DNA from: Propionibacterium ruminifibrarum
GTDB taxonomy: Bacteria > Actinomycetota > Actinomycetes > Propionibacteriales > Propionibacteriaceae
DNA length: 32,000 bases
NCBI RefSeq assembly: GCF_900289195.1
Contig: NZ_OMOH01000002.1
Span: 345,982-377,981, forward strand
Reading direction: 5' to 3'
In this document: positions 8,945 through 17,373 of the stretch, piece after piece
Layout of the letters: every line of letters begins with the position of its first letter
Position numbering within the stretch: position 1 is the first letter of the stretch
Program-made: the position numbers and the translations under genes
The notes under the pieces: model-generated
The model's database searches: none
Told to the model about the DNA's origin: nothing
What the model saw: the letters and a program-made list of their open reading frames with translations, nothing else

Positions 8945-10578
8945 TGCCGGCCGTCGGGGCACGCCCGTCGCGGCCCGGTGGCGGGCGCCCCGCGCCCTGG
9001 TACACCGGAATCCGGCCGCTGCTCGTCGCAACCCTGCGCCAGGAGGCCAGGGCCACCATGGCCTGGATCGTGCTCGTCAGTGTCCTGTCGGCGAGCTCGA
9101 TCGCCGCCTACCGCTGGATCTTCCCCGATGCGGCGGACCGCGAGGCACTGGCCCTGACCATGTCCTCGAGCCCGGCCCTCGAACTGATCTTCGGGCCGGC
9201 CCGCGACCTCATGACGAATGACGGCTTCAACGCCTGGCGCGCCGGGATGCTCGGCGCCCTGCTGTCCGGGCTCATGACAATCCTGCTCGTCATCCGCACC
9301 TCACGCGCGGAGGAGGACTCCGGACGCGCCGAGCTCGTCGCCGCGGGCGTCATCAGCCGGCGGGCGCGGCTGGTCGTACCGGTCGTCGCGGCGGTCCTGG
9401 CCTCCGGTGCGCTCGGTGCGCTGTGCTTCCTCCTCACCTGGGCGTTCGGCGGCCAACCCACCCCGACGCTCGTCCTCTCGGCGAACTTCACCGCCTCGGC
9501 GCTGGTCTTCGGCGCGCTGGCCGCGCTCACCGCACAGCTCGGTTCCGAGGCGCACACCGCGAACTGGCTGGCGATCGGCCCGATGGGGGTGCTCTACGGG
9601 GCGCGCGGCTACCTCGATGCGAGCGACGCACCGGAGTGGACGCAGTGGCTGACCCCCTTCGGCTGGTTCGAGCGGACCGGGCCGGCCGCCGAGAACGATC
9701 CGCGGCCGCTGCTCGCCGCGCTCGGCCTGACGGTGGTGCTCCTCGCTGCCGCCCTGGTCGCGGCCGGCCGCCGGGATTTCGGTCTCGGCTTCGTTCCGCT
9801 TCGCGCCGGACGCGCGGCGGCCCCGCGGCTGGGCGTTTGGTTGTTCCCGTGGCGCCTGCACCGCGCCTCACTCGCCGGCTGGGGCCTCGCCTTCGCGCTG
9901 CTCGGCATCGTCATGGGCACGCTGAGCACCTCGGTCGGCTCCATCCTGGCCGACAACCCGGTGATCGCCGCTCGCATCGCCACCGGCGCGACGAGCACGG
10001 CCGAGCTCAGCACCGTCTTCATCGTGACGGTCCTCCAACTGATCGGCATCGTCGCCGCGATCATGGGCGCGCAGATCGTCCTGCGCGTCCACGCGGAGGA
10101 GCTGGAGCACCGACTCGAGCCGCTGCTGGCCGGCCCGCTGCACCGCGGCCGCTACCTGGCGGCCAACGTCATGGTGGCGCTCGTGGCGACCGGCTGCGCA
10201 CTGCTCATCGCCGGCTCCGGCATCGGGCTGGTGAACGCGGCGGACGGGACGGGCGTCGGGTTCGGCGAGGCGCTGTACCAGGGCGCCTGCACGATCCCCG
10301 CGGTATGGCTGCTCGTCGGACTCTCGACGGCGACCGTCGGCGCGTGCCCAGGGCTGCGCACGATCGGCTGGGGCGGCATCGTGGCGACCTTCGCCATCAC
10401 GTTGCTGGGGCCGACGTTCAACCTGCCGGAATGGGCGCTGTCGATCAGCCCGATGCACCACGTGCCGAACGTCATGGCGGACGACGTCGAGTGGACCGGA
10501 CTGGCCGTCGTGTCGGCCATCGCGCTCGTGCTCTGGGCGATCGGGTTCGCCGGGTTCGTGCGCAGGGACCTGTCCTGA
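8941..10578 (+). CDS. ABC exporter permease (large multi-span ABC-2-type membrane protein, ~545 aa)
   Basis: The GTG/ATG at 8941/8944 overlaps the ATPase stop (GTGATG). The protein is hydrophobic throughout, with about 12 predicted spans by eye. Confidence 0.8.
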   Translation: MMPAVGARPSRPGGGRPAPWYTGIRPLLVATLRQEARATMAWIVLVSVLSASSIAAYRWIFPDAADREALALTMSSSPALELIFGPARDLMTNDGFNAWRAGMLGALLSGLMTILLVIRTSRAEEDSGRAELVAAGVISRRARLVVPVVAAVLASGALGALCFLLTWAFGGQPTPTLVLSANFTASALVFGALAALTAQLGSEAHTANWLAIGPMGVLYGARGYLDASDAPEWTQWLTPFGWFERTGPAAENDPRPLLAALGLTVVLLAAALVAAGRRDFGLGFVPLRAGRAAAPRLGVWLFPWRLHRASLAGWGLAFALLGIVMGTLSTSVGSILADNPVIAARIATGATSTAELSTVFIVTVLQLIGIVAAIMGAQIVLRVHAEELEHRLEPLLAGPLHRGRYLAANVMVALVATGCALLIAGSGIGLVNAADGTGVGFGEALYQGACTIPAVWLLVGLSTATVGACPGLRTIGWGGIVATFAITLLGPTFNLPEWALSISPMHHVPNVMADDVEWTGLAVVSAIALVLWAIGFAGFVRRDLS

Positions 10579-10643
10579 TCCTCACGGCCCCGCCACTGCG
10601 GTGTCCGGGCACGGCGTGACGTGCGAATGAGGAACCCGGACAT

Positions 10644-10681
10644 AAAAGCGGCTGGGATCCCCACCCCCTGGGATCCCAGCC
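10644..10681 (-). terminator. Rho-independent terminator downstream of nusA (it also closes the convergent ABC operon)
   Basis: 12-bp stem: GGCTGGGATCCC (10650-10661) pairs with GGGATCCCAGCC (10670-10681), with an 8-nt loop. On the minus strand it is followed by GCTTTTATG (T tract from the A run at 10644-10647). Confidence 0.6.
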
Positions 10682-10767
10682 ATAGGTGTAAACGAGCGGG
10701 AGAGTGATTCACCCTCAACCGGTCGTTCACGACCCGCATATGAAGCTACCACACGAGAATGCCCGGG

Positions 10768-11760
10768 TCAACTTGGGGTTGTAGAGGGTGAGTTGGGGGT
10801 GATATCCGGTTTGATGTCGATCCTCCAGCCGGTGAGCCTGGCGGCGAGCCGGACGTTCTGCCCCTCCCTGCCGATCGCCAGGGAGAGCTGGTAGTCGGGC
10901 ACGACGACGCGTGCGGTCCGCGCGGCCTCGTCGATGATCTCCACGCCGACCGTCTTCGCGGGGCTCAGGGAGTTGCCGACGTACACGGCCGGGTCCTCGG
11001 ACCAGTCGATGATGTCGATCTTCTCGTCGTTCAGTTCACGCATGACGGCGCGCACTCGCTGCCCCATCGGGCCGATGCAGGCGCCCTTGGCGGAGACGTC
11101 GGCGTTGTGGGAGACGACCGCGATCTTGGAGCGGTGGCCGGCCTCGCGGGCCAGTCCCATGATCTCGACGACACCCTGCTCCACCTCGGGAACCTCGAGC
11201 TCGAAGAGCTTCTTGACGAGGTTGGGGTGGGTACGGCTGACCATCACCCGGGGACCGCGGGCCTCCATGCGGACACTCACGACGTAGACCCGCAGGCGTG
11301 TGCCGTGCTCGTACGTCTCGCCCGGGGCCTGCTCGGCCAGGGGCATGAGACCCTCGATCCCACCCAGGTCGACACGCACCGTCCGGTTGTCGCCGTCCTT
11401 CTGGACGACACCGGTGAGGATGTCGCCCTCGGAGGCACTGAACTTGCCGTACTTGCGCTCGTCCTCGGCCTCGCGCAGCCGCTGGAAGATCACCTGACGG
11501 GCCGTGGAGGCGGCGACCCGCCCGAAATCGGCGGGGGTGTCGTCGTACTCGCCGACGAGGTCGCCGTTCTCGTCGCGCTCGGGAACCATGACCGAGGCCT
11601 TGCCGGACCTGCGGTCGAGCACCACGCGCGCACCGGGCTTGGGGTTCTCGGTCTTGGTGTAGGCGTTGTAGAGCGCGTCCTCGATGGCGCTCACCAAGTA
11701 GTCGAGGGGGATGTCCTTCTCATTGCCGATGGCCTTCAGGGCCGACATGTCCACGTCCAT
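10768..11760 (-). CDS. nusA: Transcription termination/antitermination factor NusA (330 aa, short actinobacterial form)
   Basis: Contains [30 protein letters not shown], an S1 domain and two KH domains ([25 protein letters not shown]). I chose the ATG at 11760, preceded by GAGGAGG. The track start at 11775 lies inside that SD and overlaps rimP. Confidence 0.95.
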   Translation of the reverse strand: MDVDMSALKAIGNEKDIPLDYLVSAIEDALYNAYTKTENPKPGARVVLDRRSGKASVMVPERDENGDLVGEYDDTPADFGRVAASTARQVIFQRLREAEDERKYGKFSASEGDILTGVVQKDGDNRTVRVDLGGIEGLMPLAEQAPGETYEHGTRLRVYVVSVRMEARGPRVMVSRTHPNLVKKLFELEVPEVEQGVVEIMGLAREAGHRSKIAVVSHNADVSAKGACIGPMGQRVRAVMRELNDEKIDIIDWSEDPAVYVGNSLSPAKTVGVEIIDEAARTARVVVPDYQLSLAIGREGQNVRLAARLTGWRIDIKPDITPNSPSTTPS

Positions 11761-11761
11761 C

Positions 11762-12250
11762 TCAGGCCTCCTCATCCTTGGGGTTCATCTCAACCTGGAC
11801 GACGGCACGACGCACCTCGTCGAAACCGACGCGGCGCACCCGGCCGTCGACGTCCACGTCGGCACCGGTGTCGTCGACGGCCCGGATGCGGCCGACGAAT
11901 CGGTCACCGTCGACGGGGGTGATCCGGACCAGCCGGGAGAGGTTGCGGCGCCAGTGGGCCGGGCGTTCGAGCGGCGAGGACACCCCGCGGGAACCGACCT
12001 CGAGCGTGTACGGCGCATCACCGACGGCGTCGGACTCGTCGAGCGCCGCCGAGATGGCGCGCGTGGCCTCGGCGATGTCGTCGATGGTGGGGCCGCGGCC
12101 ATCCGGGCCGTCCCCATCGAGCGTGATCCGCAGGACGCTGCGCTTACCGGCTCTCACCACGGTGAGGTCATCCAATTCAAGTGCGTGCGCGGCCACGACG
12201 GGTTCGAGCACGGATACCAACGCTGATTCGTTCACGGGCCGGTCCTTCAT
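11762..12250 (-). CDS. rimP: Ribosome maturation factor RimP
   Basis: Contains VLEPVVAAHALELDDLTVVRAGKRSVLRITLDGD and YTLEVGSRGVSSPLERPAHW. It sits immediately upstream of nusA. The start is ambiguous: ATG 12250, GTG 12235 or TTG 12277. Confidence 0.88.
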   Translation of the reverse strand: MKDRPVNESALVSVLEPVVAAHALELDDLTVVRAGKRSVLRITLDGDGPDGRGPTIDDIAEATRAISAALDESDAVGDAPYTLEVGSRGVSSPLERPAHWRRNLSRLVRITPVDGDRFVGRIRAVDDTGADVDVDGRVRRVGFDEVRRAVVQVEMNPKDEEA

Positions 12251-12374
12251 CCTCTTGTCGTTCAGGTTGTGCCTCAAGCATAGGCGAGGGCGGCCCGTCG
12301 GCCGGGGACCACGGCACGCGGGCCGCCTCCCCCTCGGGCGCGGGCACGACCGCCGTGGTCCGCCGCACTAGGGT

Positions 12375-13394
12375 GTGGGCATGGTCACCCGCAGGATGAT
12401 TCTGGCCGTTCCGGTGCTGGGCGCCCTGGCGTCCTGCGCACCCTCCCCCGTCGTGACGTCCGGGTCCTCGGCGACGACGGGCACCCTGGCGCCCGACGAC
12501 CCCCGGTACGTCGCCGCCGCGGTGGAGACCGAGCTGGCCGCGCTCACGACGGCTCTGGCCGGCGCGGCGACGGACCCGGACGCGGGCCTGGCCCCATGGT
12601 GCCGGGGCGCGGCCGAGGCCCACGCCGCGCACGCACGGGTCCTGCTGCAGGCCGATCCACTGGGCGGCACCGGGTCCGACCGCTCCCCCGTGGCCGACCC
12701 CCCGTCGCCGAGCGCCACCGCGACGCCCGCCGGGTCGCAGTCCCTGGCCCGGGCCTACCGGGACGCGGCCGAATCCCACCGGGCGGCGGCGCTGGACGAG
12801 CAGGACCCGTCGATGCGCATGCTCTGGTGCTCGCTGGCCGTCTTCGCCGCTCGCGGAGCGGCGTGCGCCGATGCCTCGTCGTTCACTCCGGCCCCGGTCG
12901 CCGGACGTGCCGTTCCCGTGCACGTCGAGGCCGGTACCGCGCCCGAGGCCATGGCCGCGCTCGTCAGTCGCGTCGATGCCCTGCGTTACGGGCTGGAGAC
13001 GATGATCGGCCGTTCGGGGGGCGGCCGCGACGACATGTCGGCCCGCAGCGACCAGGCCGACGCGCTGCGGGTCGAGCTGGCCGGGCGGATCACAGCGGCC
13101 GGCGGGCAGGTGCCCGGCCCCGAGCTGGAGTACGAGCTGGACGGCGACCCCGACGACGCCGGCGCGCGTGACGGCATCTGGGCCCGTCTGGAGGACGATC
13201 TGCTGGCCGGCTGGGTGCGCCTGGCGGCCGCCACGACGGGGGCCTCCGGCTCGCCCTCGCCGGATTCCGGCCCCAGCGCGCAATCCTCCGCCGACCCGTA
13301 CGGGCTGGACGAGATCATCGAGCAGGCGACGCAGCAGGCCGCTCAGGCCCCCCTGCACGGGCTCGGCACCAGCACCTGGCCCGGCTGGGTGTGA
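12375..13394 (+). CDS. Ala-rich putative lipoprotein, possibly ferritin-like DUF4439 (same position as the Ala-rich proteins between rimP and proS in mycobacteria)
   Basis: Signal peptide plus lipobox (AVPVLGALAS-C). The start is GTG 12375 or ATG 12381. The domain assignment rests on recalled synteny and weak motif resemblance only. Confidence 0.6.
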   Translation: MGMVTRRMILAVPVLGALASCAPSPVVTSGSSATTGTLAPDDPRYVAAAVETELAALTTALAGAATDPDAGLAPWCRGAAEAHAAHARVLLQADPLGGTGSDRSPVADPPSPSATATPAGSQSLARAYRDAAESHRAAALDEQDPSMRMLWCSLAVFAARGAACADASSFTPAPVAGRAVPVHVEAGTAPEAMAALVSRVDALRYGLETMIGRSGGGRDDMSARSDQADALRVELAGRITAAGGQVPGPELEYELDGDPDDAGARDGIWARLEDDLLAGWVRLAAATTGASGSPSPDSGPSAQSSADPYGLDEIIEQATQQAAQAPLHGLGTSTWPGWV

Positions 13395-13397
13395 GGC

Positions 13398-15173
13398 TCA
13401 CTCGCCGCGCACGGCGGCGAGGACCTGGTCGACGACCTCGTCCACGCCGACCTCGCGACGCTCGCCGCTGGCGCGGTCGCGCAACTCGACGACGCCCTGG
13501 GCCAGACCACGGCCGACCACCACGATGGTGGGCATGCCGAGCAGTTCGGCGTCGTTGAACTTCACCCCGGGGCTGGCCTTGCGATCGTCGAGCAGGACGG
13601 GGACGCCGGCCCCGTCGAGCGCCTCGGCGATCTCGGCCGCCTTGGCGGCGATCTCCTCCCCCTTGCCAGTGGCGATCACCTGCACCTGGAACGGCGCGAC
13701 CTCGCGGGGCCAGCACAGGCCCTTGTCGTCGCAGCTGGACTCGACGATCATGGCGACGGCCCGGGTGACGCCGATGCCGTAGGAGCCCATGGTGACGGTG
13801 ACGAGCTTGCCGTTGCGGTCGAGCACCTGAAGCCCCAGGGCCTGGGCGTACTTGCGGCCGAGCTGGAAGATGTGGCCCATCTCGACGCCGCGGGCGAGGC
13901 TCAGCGGGCCGGAGCCGTCGGGGGCCGGGTCGCCTTCGCGGATCTCGGCGACGTCGCCCGTGCCGTCGCCGGTGAAGTCCCGGCCGGCGACGAGCCCGAT
14001 GACGTGCCGCTGATCCTCGTTGGCGCCGGTCACCCAGCTGGTGCCGGGCACGACGCGGGGGTCGAGCAGGTAGCGCACCCCGGCTGGGGCCTCGGCGCCG
14101 AGGAACTGGGCGCCCTCCCTGGCCGGGCCGATGTAGCCCTTGACGAGCTGGGGGAACCGTTCGAAGTCCTCGTCGGTGAAGTCGGTGACCTCGGCTGGGG
14201 CGAGGGCCGCCTCGAGGCGCCTGGTGTCGACGGCGCGGTCCCCCGGCAGGCCGATGACGACGGGCTCGCGGGCACCGTCCGGGGACTCGGTCATGAAGAC
14301 GACGTTCTTGAGGGTGTCCGCGGCGGTCCAGGCGCGGTCGGGGCGTGGGTAGCTGCTGTTGAGCAGGTCGACGAGGGTGTCGATGGTGGGAACCTCGGGC
14401 GTGTCGACGACCCGGGCGGGCGGGGCGTCGTCGTAGGGCAGCGGGTCGGGGGCCGGCACGGCGACGGCCTCGATGTTGGCCGCGTAGCCGCCGGGCGAGC
14501 GCACGAAGGTGTCCTCGCCATTGTCGGTGACGGCCAGGAACTCCTCCGACGCCGAGCCGCCCATGGCGCCGGCATTGGCCTTGACGATGACGTACTCGAA
14601 GCCGAGGCGGTCGAAGATCTTGATGTAGGCCTCGCGGTGCCTGGCGTAGCTGGCGTCCAGCCCCTCGTCGTCGACGTCGAAGGAGTAGGAGTCCTTCATG
14701 ACGAACTCGCGGCCGCGCAGCACGCCGGCGCGGGGGCGGGCCTCGTCGCGGTACTTGTTCTGGATCTGGTAGAGCGTGACCGGCAGGTCCTTGTAGGACG
14801 AGTAGAGGTCCTTGACCATGAGGGTGAACATCTCCTCATGGGTGGGGCCGAGCAGCATGTCGGCGCCCTTGCGGTCGACCAGCCGGAACAGATTGGGGCC
14901 GTACTCGGTCCACCGGCCGGAGTCCTCGTAGGGCTCGCGGGGCAGCAGGGCGGGCAGGCGGACCTCCTGGGCGCCCATGGCGTTCATCTCCTCGCGGACG
15001 ATGGCCTCGACGCGCGCCAGGACACGCAGGCCGAGCGGCAACCACGAGTAGATGCCGGGGGCGACGCGGCGGACGTAGCCGGCCCGGACGAGGAAGCGGT
15101 GGCTGGGGATCTCCGCGTCCGCGGGGTCGTCTCGCAGCGTGCGCACGAAGAGCGTGCTCATTCGGGTAATCAC
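13398..15173 (-). CDS. proS: Proline--tRNA ligase (bacterial type with editing domain)
   Basis: Contains [32 protein letters not shown] and class II motifs ([26 protein letters not shown]). Confidence 0.96.
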   Translation of the reverse strand: MITRMSTLFVRTLRDDPADAEIPSHRFLVRAGYVRRVAPGIYSWLPLGLRVLARVEAIVREEMNAMGAQEVRLPALLPREPYEDSGRWTEYGPNLFRLVDRKGADMLLGPTHEEMFTLMVKDLYSSYKDLPVTLYQIQNKYRDEARPRAGVLRGREFVMKDSYSFDVDDEGLDASYARHREAYIKIFDRLGFEYVIVKANAGAMGGSASEEFLAVTDNGEDTFVRSPGGYAANIEAVAVPAPDPLPYDDAPPARVVDTPEVPTIDTLVDLLNSSYPRPDRAWTAADTLKNVVFMTESPDGAREPVVIGLPGDRAVDTRRLEAALAPAEVTDFTDEDFERFPQLVKGYIGPAREGAQFLGAEAPAGVRYLLDPRVVPGTSWVTGANEDQRHVIGLVAGRDFTGDGTGDVAEIREGDPAPDGSGPLSLARGVEMGHIFQLGRKYAQALGLQVLDRNGKLVTVTMGSYGIGVTRAVAMIVESSCDDKGLCWPREVAPFQVQVIATGKGEEIAAKAAEIAEALDGAGVPVLLDDRKASPGVKFNDAELLGMPTIVVVGRGLAQGVVELRDRASGERREVGVDEVVDQVLAAVRGE

Positions 15174-15285
15174 TGGAACTGGTGCCTTTCTCGAAGCCGT
15201 GCCGAGCCAATCCTAGTGCCGGGTCCGGCGCCGATCCGGTCCGGCCCGAACACGTCCGGAGGCCGAGGGCCTGGCCGTCGGAAGG

Positions 15286-16170
15286 CTAGTAGAGGATGGT
15301 GGCGAGTTCACCCGCCTGCCTGAAACCCACGTGGTCGTAGACCGCGCGCGCCGCGGTGTTGTAGTCGTTGACGTACAGCGAGACCACCGGGTACCGGCGT
15401 CGGGCCAGTTCGACGACGCGGGCCATGGCCGGTACCGCCAGACCCCTGCCCCGCAGCTCGGGGCTCACCCACACCCCCTGGATCTGGCAGGTGCCGCGGT
15501 GCACGGCGCCGATGTCGGACTTGAACCAGAACCGCCCCGCCGCCTCGTCGTAGGCGCCGAACGCGCGGCCGGTCCCGATGAGCTCGCGCACGTGGGCGGC
15601 GTAGCTGTTGGTGGCGTCGAGGGGGCTGGCGCCGACCTCCTCGGTGTACATCGACACGGCGGCGTCGAAGTAGGGCTCGAAACGGCCGGCGCCGACCTGC
15701 TCGACACGCCGGTCGCCGGGGACGGCCGGCGGGTGGTCGATGACCAGGAGCGGCTGGTGTGAGCGGACGGATCGGGCGCCGCGCCACGCCTCGCCCCAGC
15801 GGGAGACGAGGCGCTCGTGGAGGGCGGCGACGGCGGAAGACGGCCCCATGATGGCCTGGCTGGCGCGGCGCGGGCCCAGGCGGTCCGTGAAGGCGTCGAG
15901 GGCGGCGGGGTCGTCGCCGGCCAGGACGAGGTTGGCGCCGGCGTGGCAGGCCGCGACCAGACGGTCGCCACGGAAGTAGCCCCAGATGTGGCAGCCGAGG
16001 GCGGCCGGGGACAGGCCGGCCGTGTCGAGGCGTGAACTGATGAAGATGTTCTCGAGCGGGCGCTCGTCCAGCAGGGCGCGCAGCACGGGAAGATCCATCG
16101 GTTCGAGGACTCTGGCCCTGCCACGTTGCGGCGGGCGCGAGACCGGCCCGGACCGATGGAAGAAGGGCAT
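15286..16170 (-). CDS. GNAT family N-acetyltransferase with N-terminal DUF4081-like domain
   Basis: C-terminal acetyl-CoA motif VSPELRGRGLAVPAM ... YNTAARAVYDHVGF. The ATG at 16170 shares a base with the ispG stop. The same ispG-adjacent position is seen in other actinobacteria. Confidence 0.8.
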   Translation of the reverse strand: MPFFHRSGPVSRPPQRGRARVLEPMDLPVLRALLDERPLENIFISSRLDTAGLSPAALGCHIWGYFRGDRLVAACHAGANLVLAGDDPAALDAFTDRLGPRRASQAIMGPSSAVAALHERLVSRWGEAWRGARSVRSHQPLLVIDHPPAVPGDRRVEQVGAGRFEPYFDAAVSMYTEEVGASPLDATNSYAAHVRELIGTGRAFGAYDEAAGRFWFKSDIGAVHRGTCQIQGVWVSPELRGRGLAVPAMARVVELARRRYPVVSLYVNDYNTAARAVYDHVGFRQAGELATILY

Positions 16171-17312
16171 CAGACGAGGACCTGCGGCGTGCCCTGCTCG
16201 GGGAACTCCGCCGCCATCTCGTGCGCCATGGTGATGAGGGTCTCGACGATCTCGCTCTCGGGCACGGTCTTGATGACCTGGCCCTTGGCGATGATCTGGC
16301 CCTTGCCGTTGCCGGAGGCCACCCCCAGGTCGGCTTCGCGGGCCTCTCCGGGGCCGTTCACGACACAGCCCATGACGGCGACCCGGATCGGGACGGTCAT
16401 GTCCTTGAGGGCCTCGGTGACCTGATCGGCCAGGGTGTAGACGTCCACCTGGGCGCGGCCGCAGCTGGGACAGCTGACGATCTCGAACTGGCGGGGCCTC
16501 AGGTTGAGTGACTCGAGGATCTTGACGCCGACCTTGACCTCCTGGACAGGGTCGGCCGACAGGGAGACGCGGATGGTGTCGCCGATGCCCTCGGCGAGGA
16601 GCGCACCGAAGGCGACGGAGGACTTGATGGTGCCCTGGAAGGCCGGGCCGGCCTCGGTGACGCCCAGGTGCAGCGGGTAGTCGCAGGCGGCCGACAGGCG
16701 ACGATAGGCCTGGATCATGATGACCGGGTCGTGGTGCTTGACCGAGATGGCGAAGTCGCCGAAGCCGACGTCCTCGAAGAGGCGGGCCTCGTTGAGCGCC
16801 GACTGGACGAGCGCGCCGGCCGGGTCGGTCTTGTACATCTCCATGAGGCGCTTGTCGAGGGAGCCGGCGTTGATGCCGATGCGCAGGGCCGTGCCGTGGT
16901 CGGTGGCGGCCCTGGCGATCTCGGAGACCTTGTCGTCGAACTTCTTGATGTTGCCGGGGTTGACGCGCACGCCGGCGCAGCCGGCGTCGATGGCCGCGAA
17001 GACGTACTTCGGGTTGAAGTGGATGTCGGCGACGACCGGGATCTGGGACTTGGCGGCGATGGCGGCCAGCGCATCGGCGTCGTCCTGGCTCGGGACGGCG
17101 ACGCGGACGATGTCGCAGCCGGCCGCGGTCAGCTGGGCGATCTGCTGCAGCGTCGCGTCGACGTTGGCCGTGAGGGTGTTGGTCATCGACTGCACGGAGA
17201 CCGGGGCGTCACCGCCCATGGCGACCTTGCCGACGTGGATCGTGCGGGTCTTGCGCCGTACGGCGACGGTCGGCGCCGTCTCCGCCGCGTCAATGAGGAG
17301 GTTGTCAGCCAT
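16170..17312 (-). CDS. ispG: 4-hydroxy-3-methylbut-2-en-1-yl diphosphate synthase (flavodoxin) IspG/GcpE, 380 aa
   Basis: Contains [28 protein letters not shown] and the Fe-S cysteines VSCPSCGR ... [10 protein letters not shown] chose the start at ATG 17312 (MADNLL). The 61-codon upstream extension in the track ORF is Arg/Pro-rich and overlaps the helicase gene end. Confidence 0.95.
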   Translation of the reverse strand: MADNLLIDAAETAPTVAVRRKTRTIHVGKVAMGGDAPVSVQSMTNTLTANVDATLQQIAQLTAAGCDIVRVAVPSQDDADALAAIAAKSQIPVVADIHFNPKYVFAAIDAGCAGVRVNPGNIKKFDDKVSEIARAATDHGTALRIGINAGSLDKRLMEMYKTDPAGALVQSALNEARLFEDVGFGDFAISVKHHDPVIMIQAYRRLSAACDYPLHLGVTEAGPAFQGTIKSSVAFGALLAEGIGDTIRVSLSADPVQEVKVGVKILESLNLRPRQFEIVSCPSCGRAQVDVYTLADQVTEALKDMTVPIRVAVMGCVVNGPGEAREADLGVASGNGKGQIIAKGQVIKTVPESEIVETLITMAHEMAAEFPEQGTPQVLV

Positions 17313-17373
17313 GCCCTCAAGGGTAACCGGGCCTCGGGACGCACGGCGCCCGGTTGCCCTCACCTGCCGCGGG

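Noticed and set aside
12289-12327. Hairpin GGCGGCCCG ... CGGGCCGCC upstream of rimP, sharing its stem sequence with the 1772-1810 hairpin (possible REP-like repeat family)
   Set aside because: There are only two copies, the 9-10 nt GC-only core is likely to recur by chance at this GC content, and the loops and flanks are unrelated.
12177-13358. 393-aa minus-strand ORF opposite the lipoprotein gene. Similar cases are 13872-15323 (+) opposite proS, 19775-21445 (+) and 20103-21554 (-) over dxr, 24120-25220 and 24667-26721 (+) over pyrH/tsf/rpsB, 7874-9031 (-) over the ABC ATPase, and 127-1146 (-) over cstA.
   Set aside because: All are antisense or alternate-frame ORFs with Arg/Gly/Pro/Asp-rich, motif-free translations overlapping confidently identified genes.
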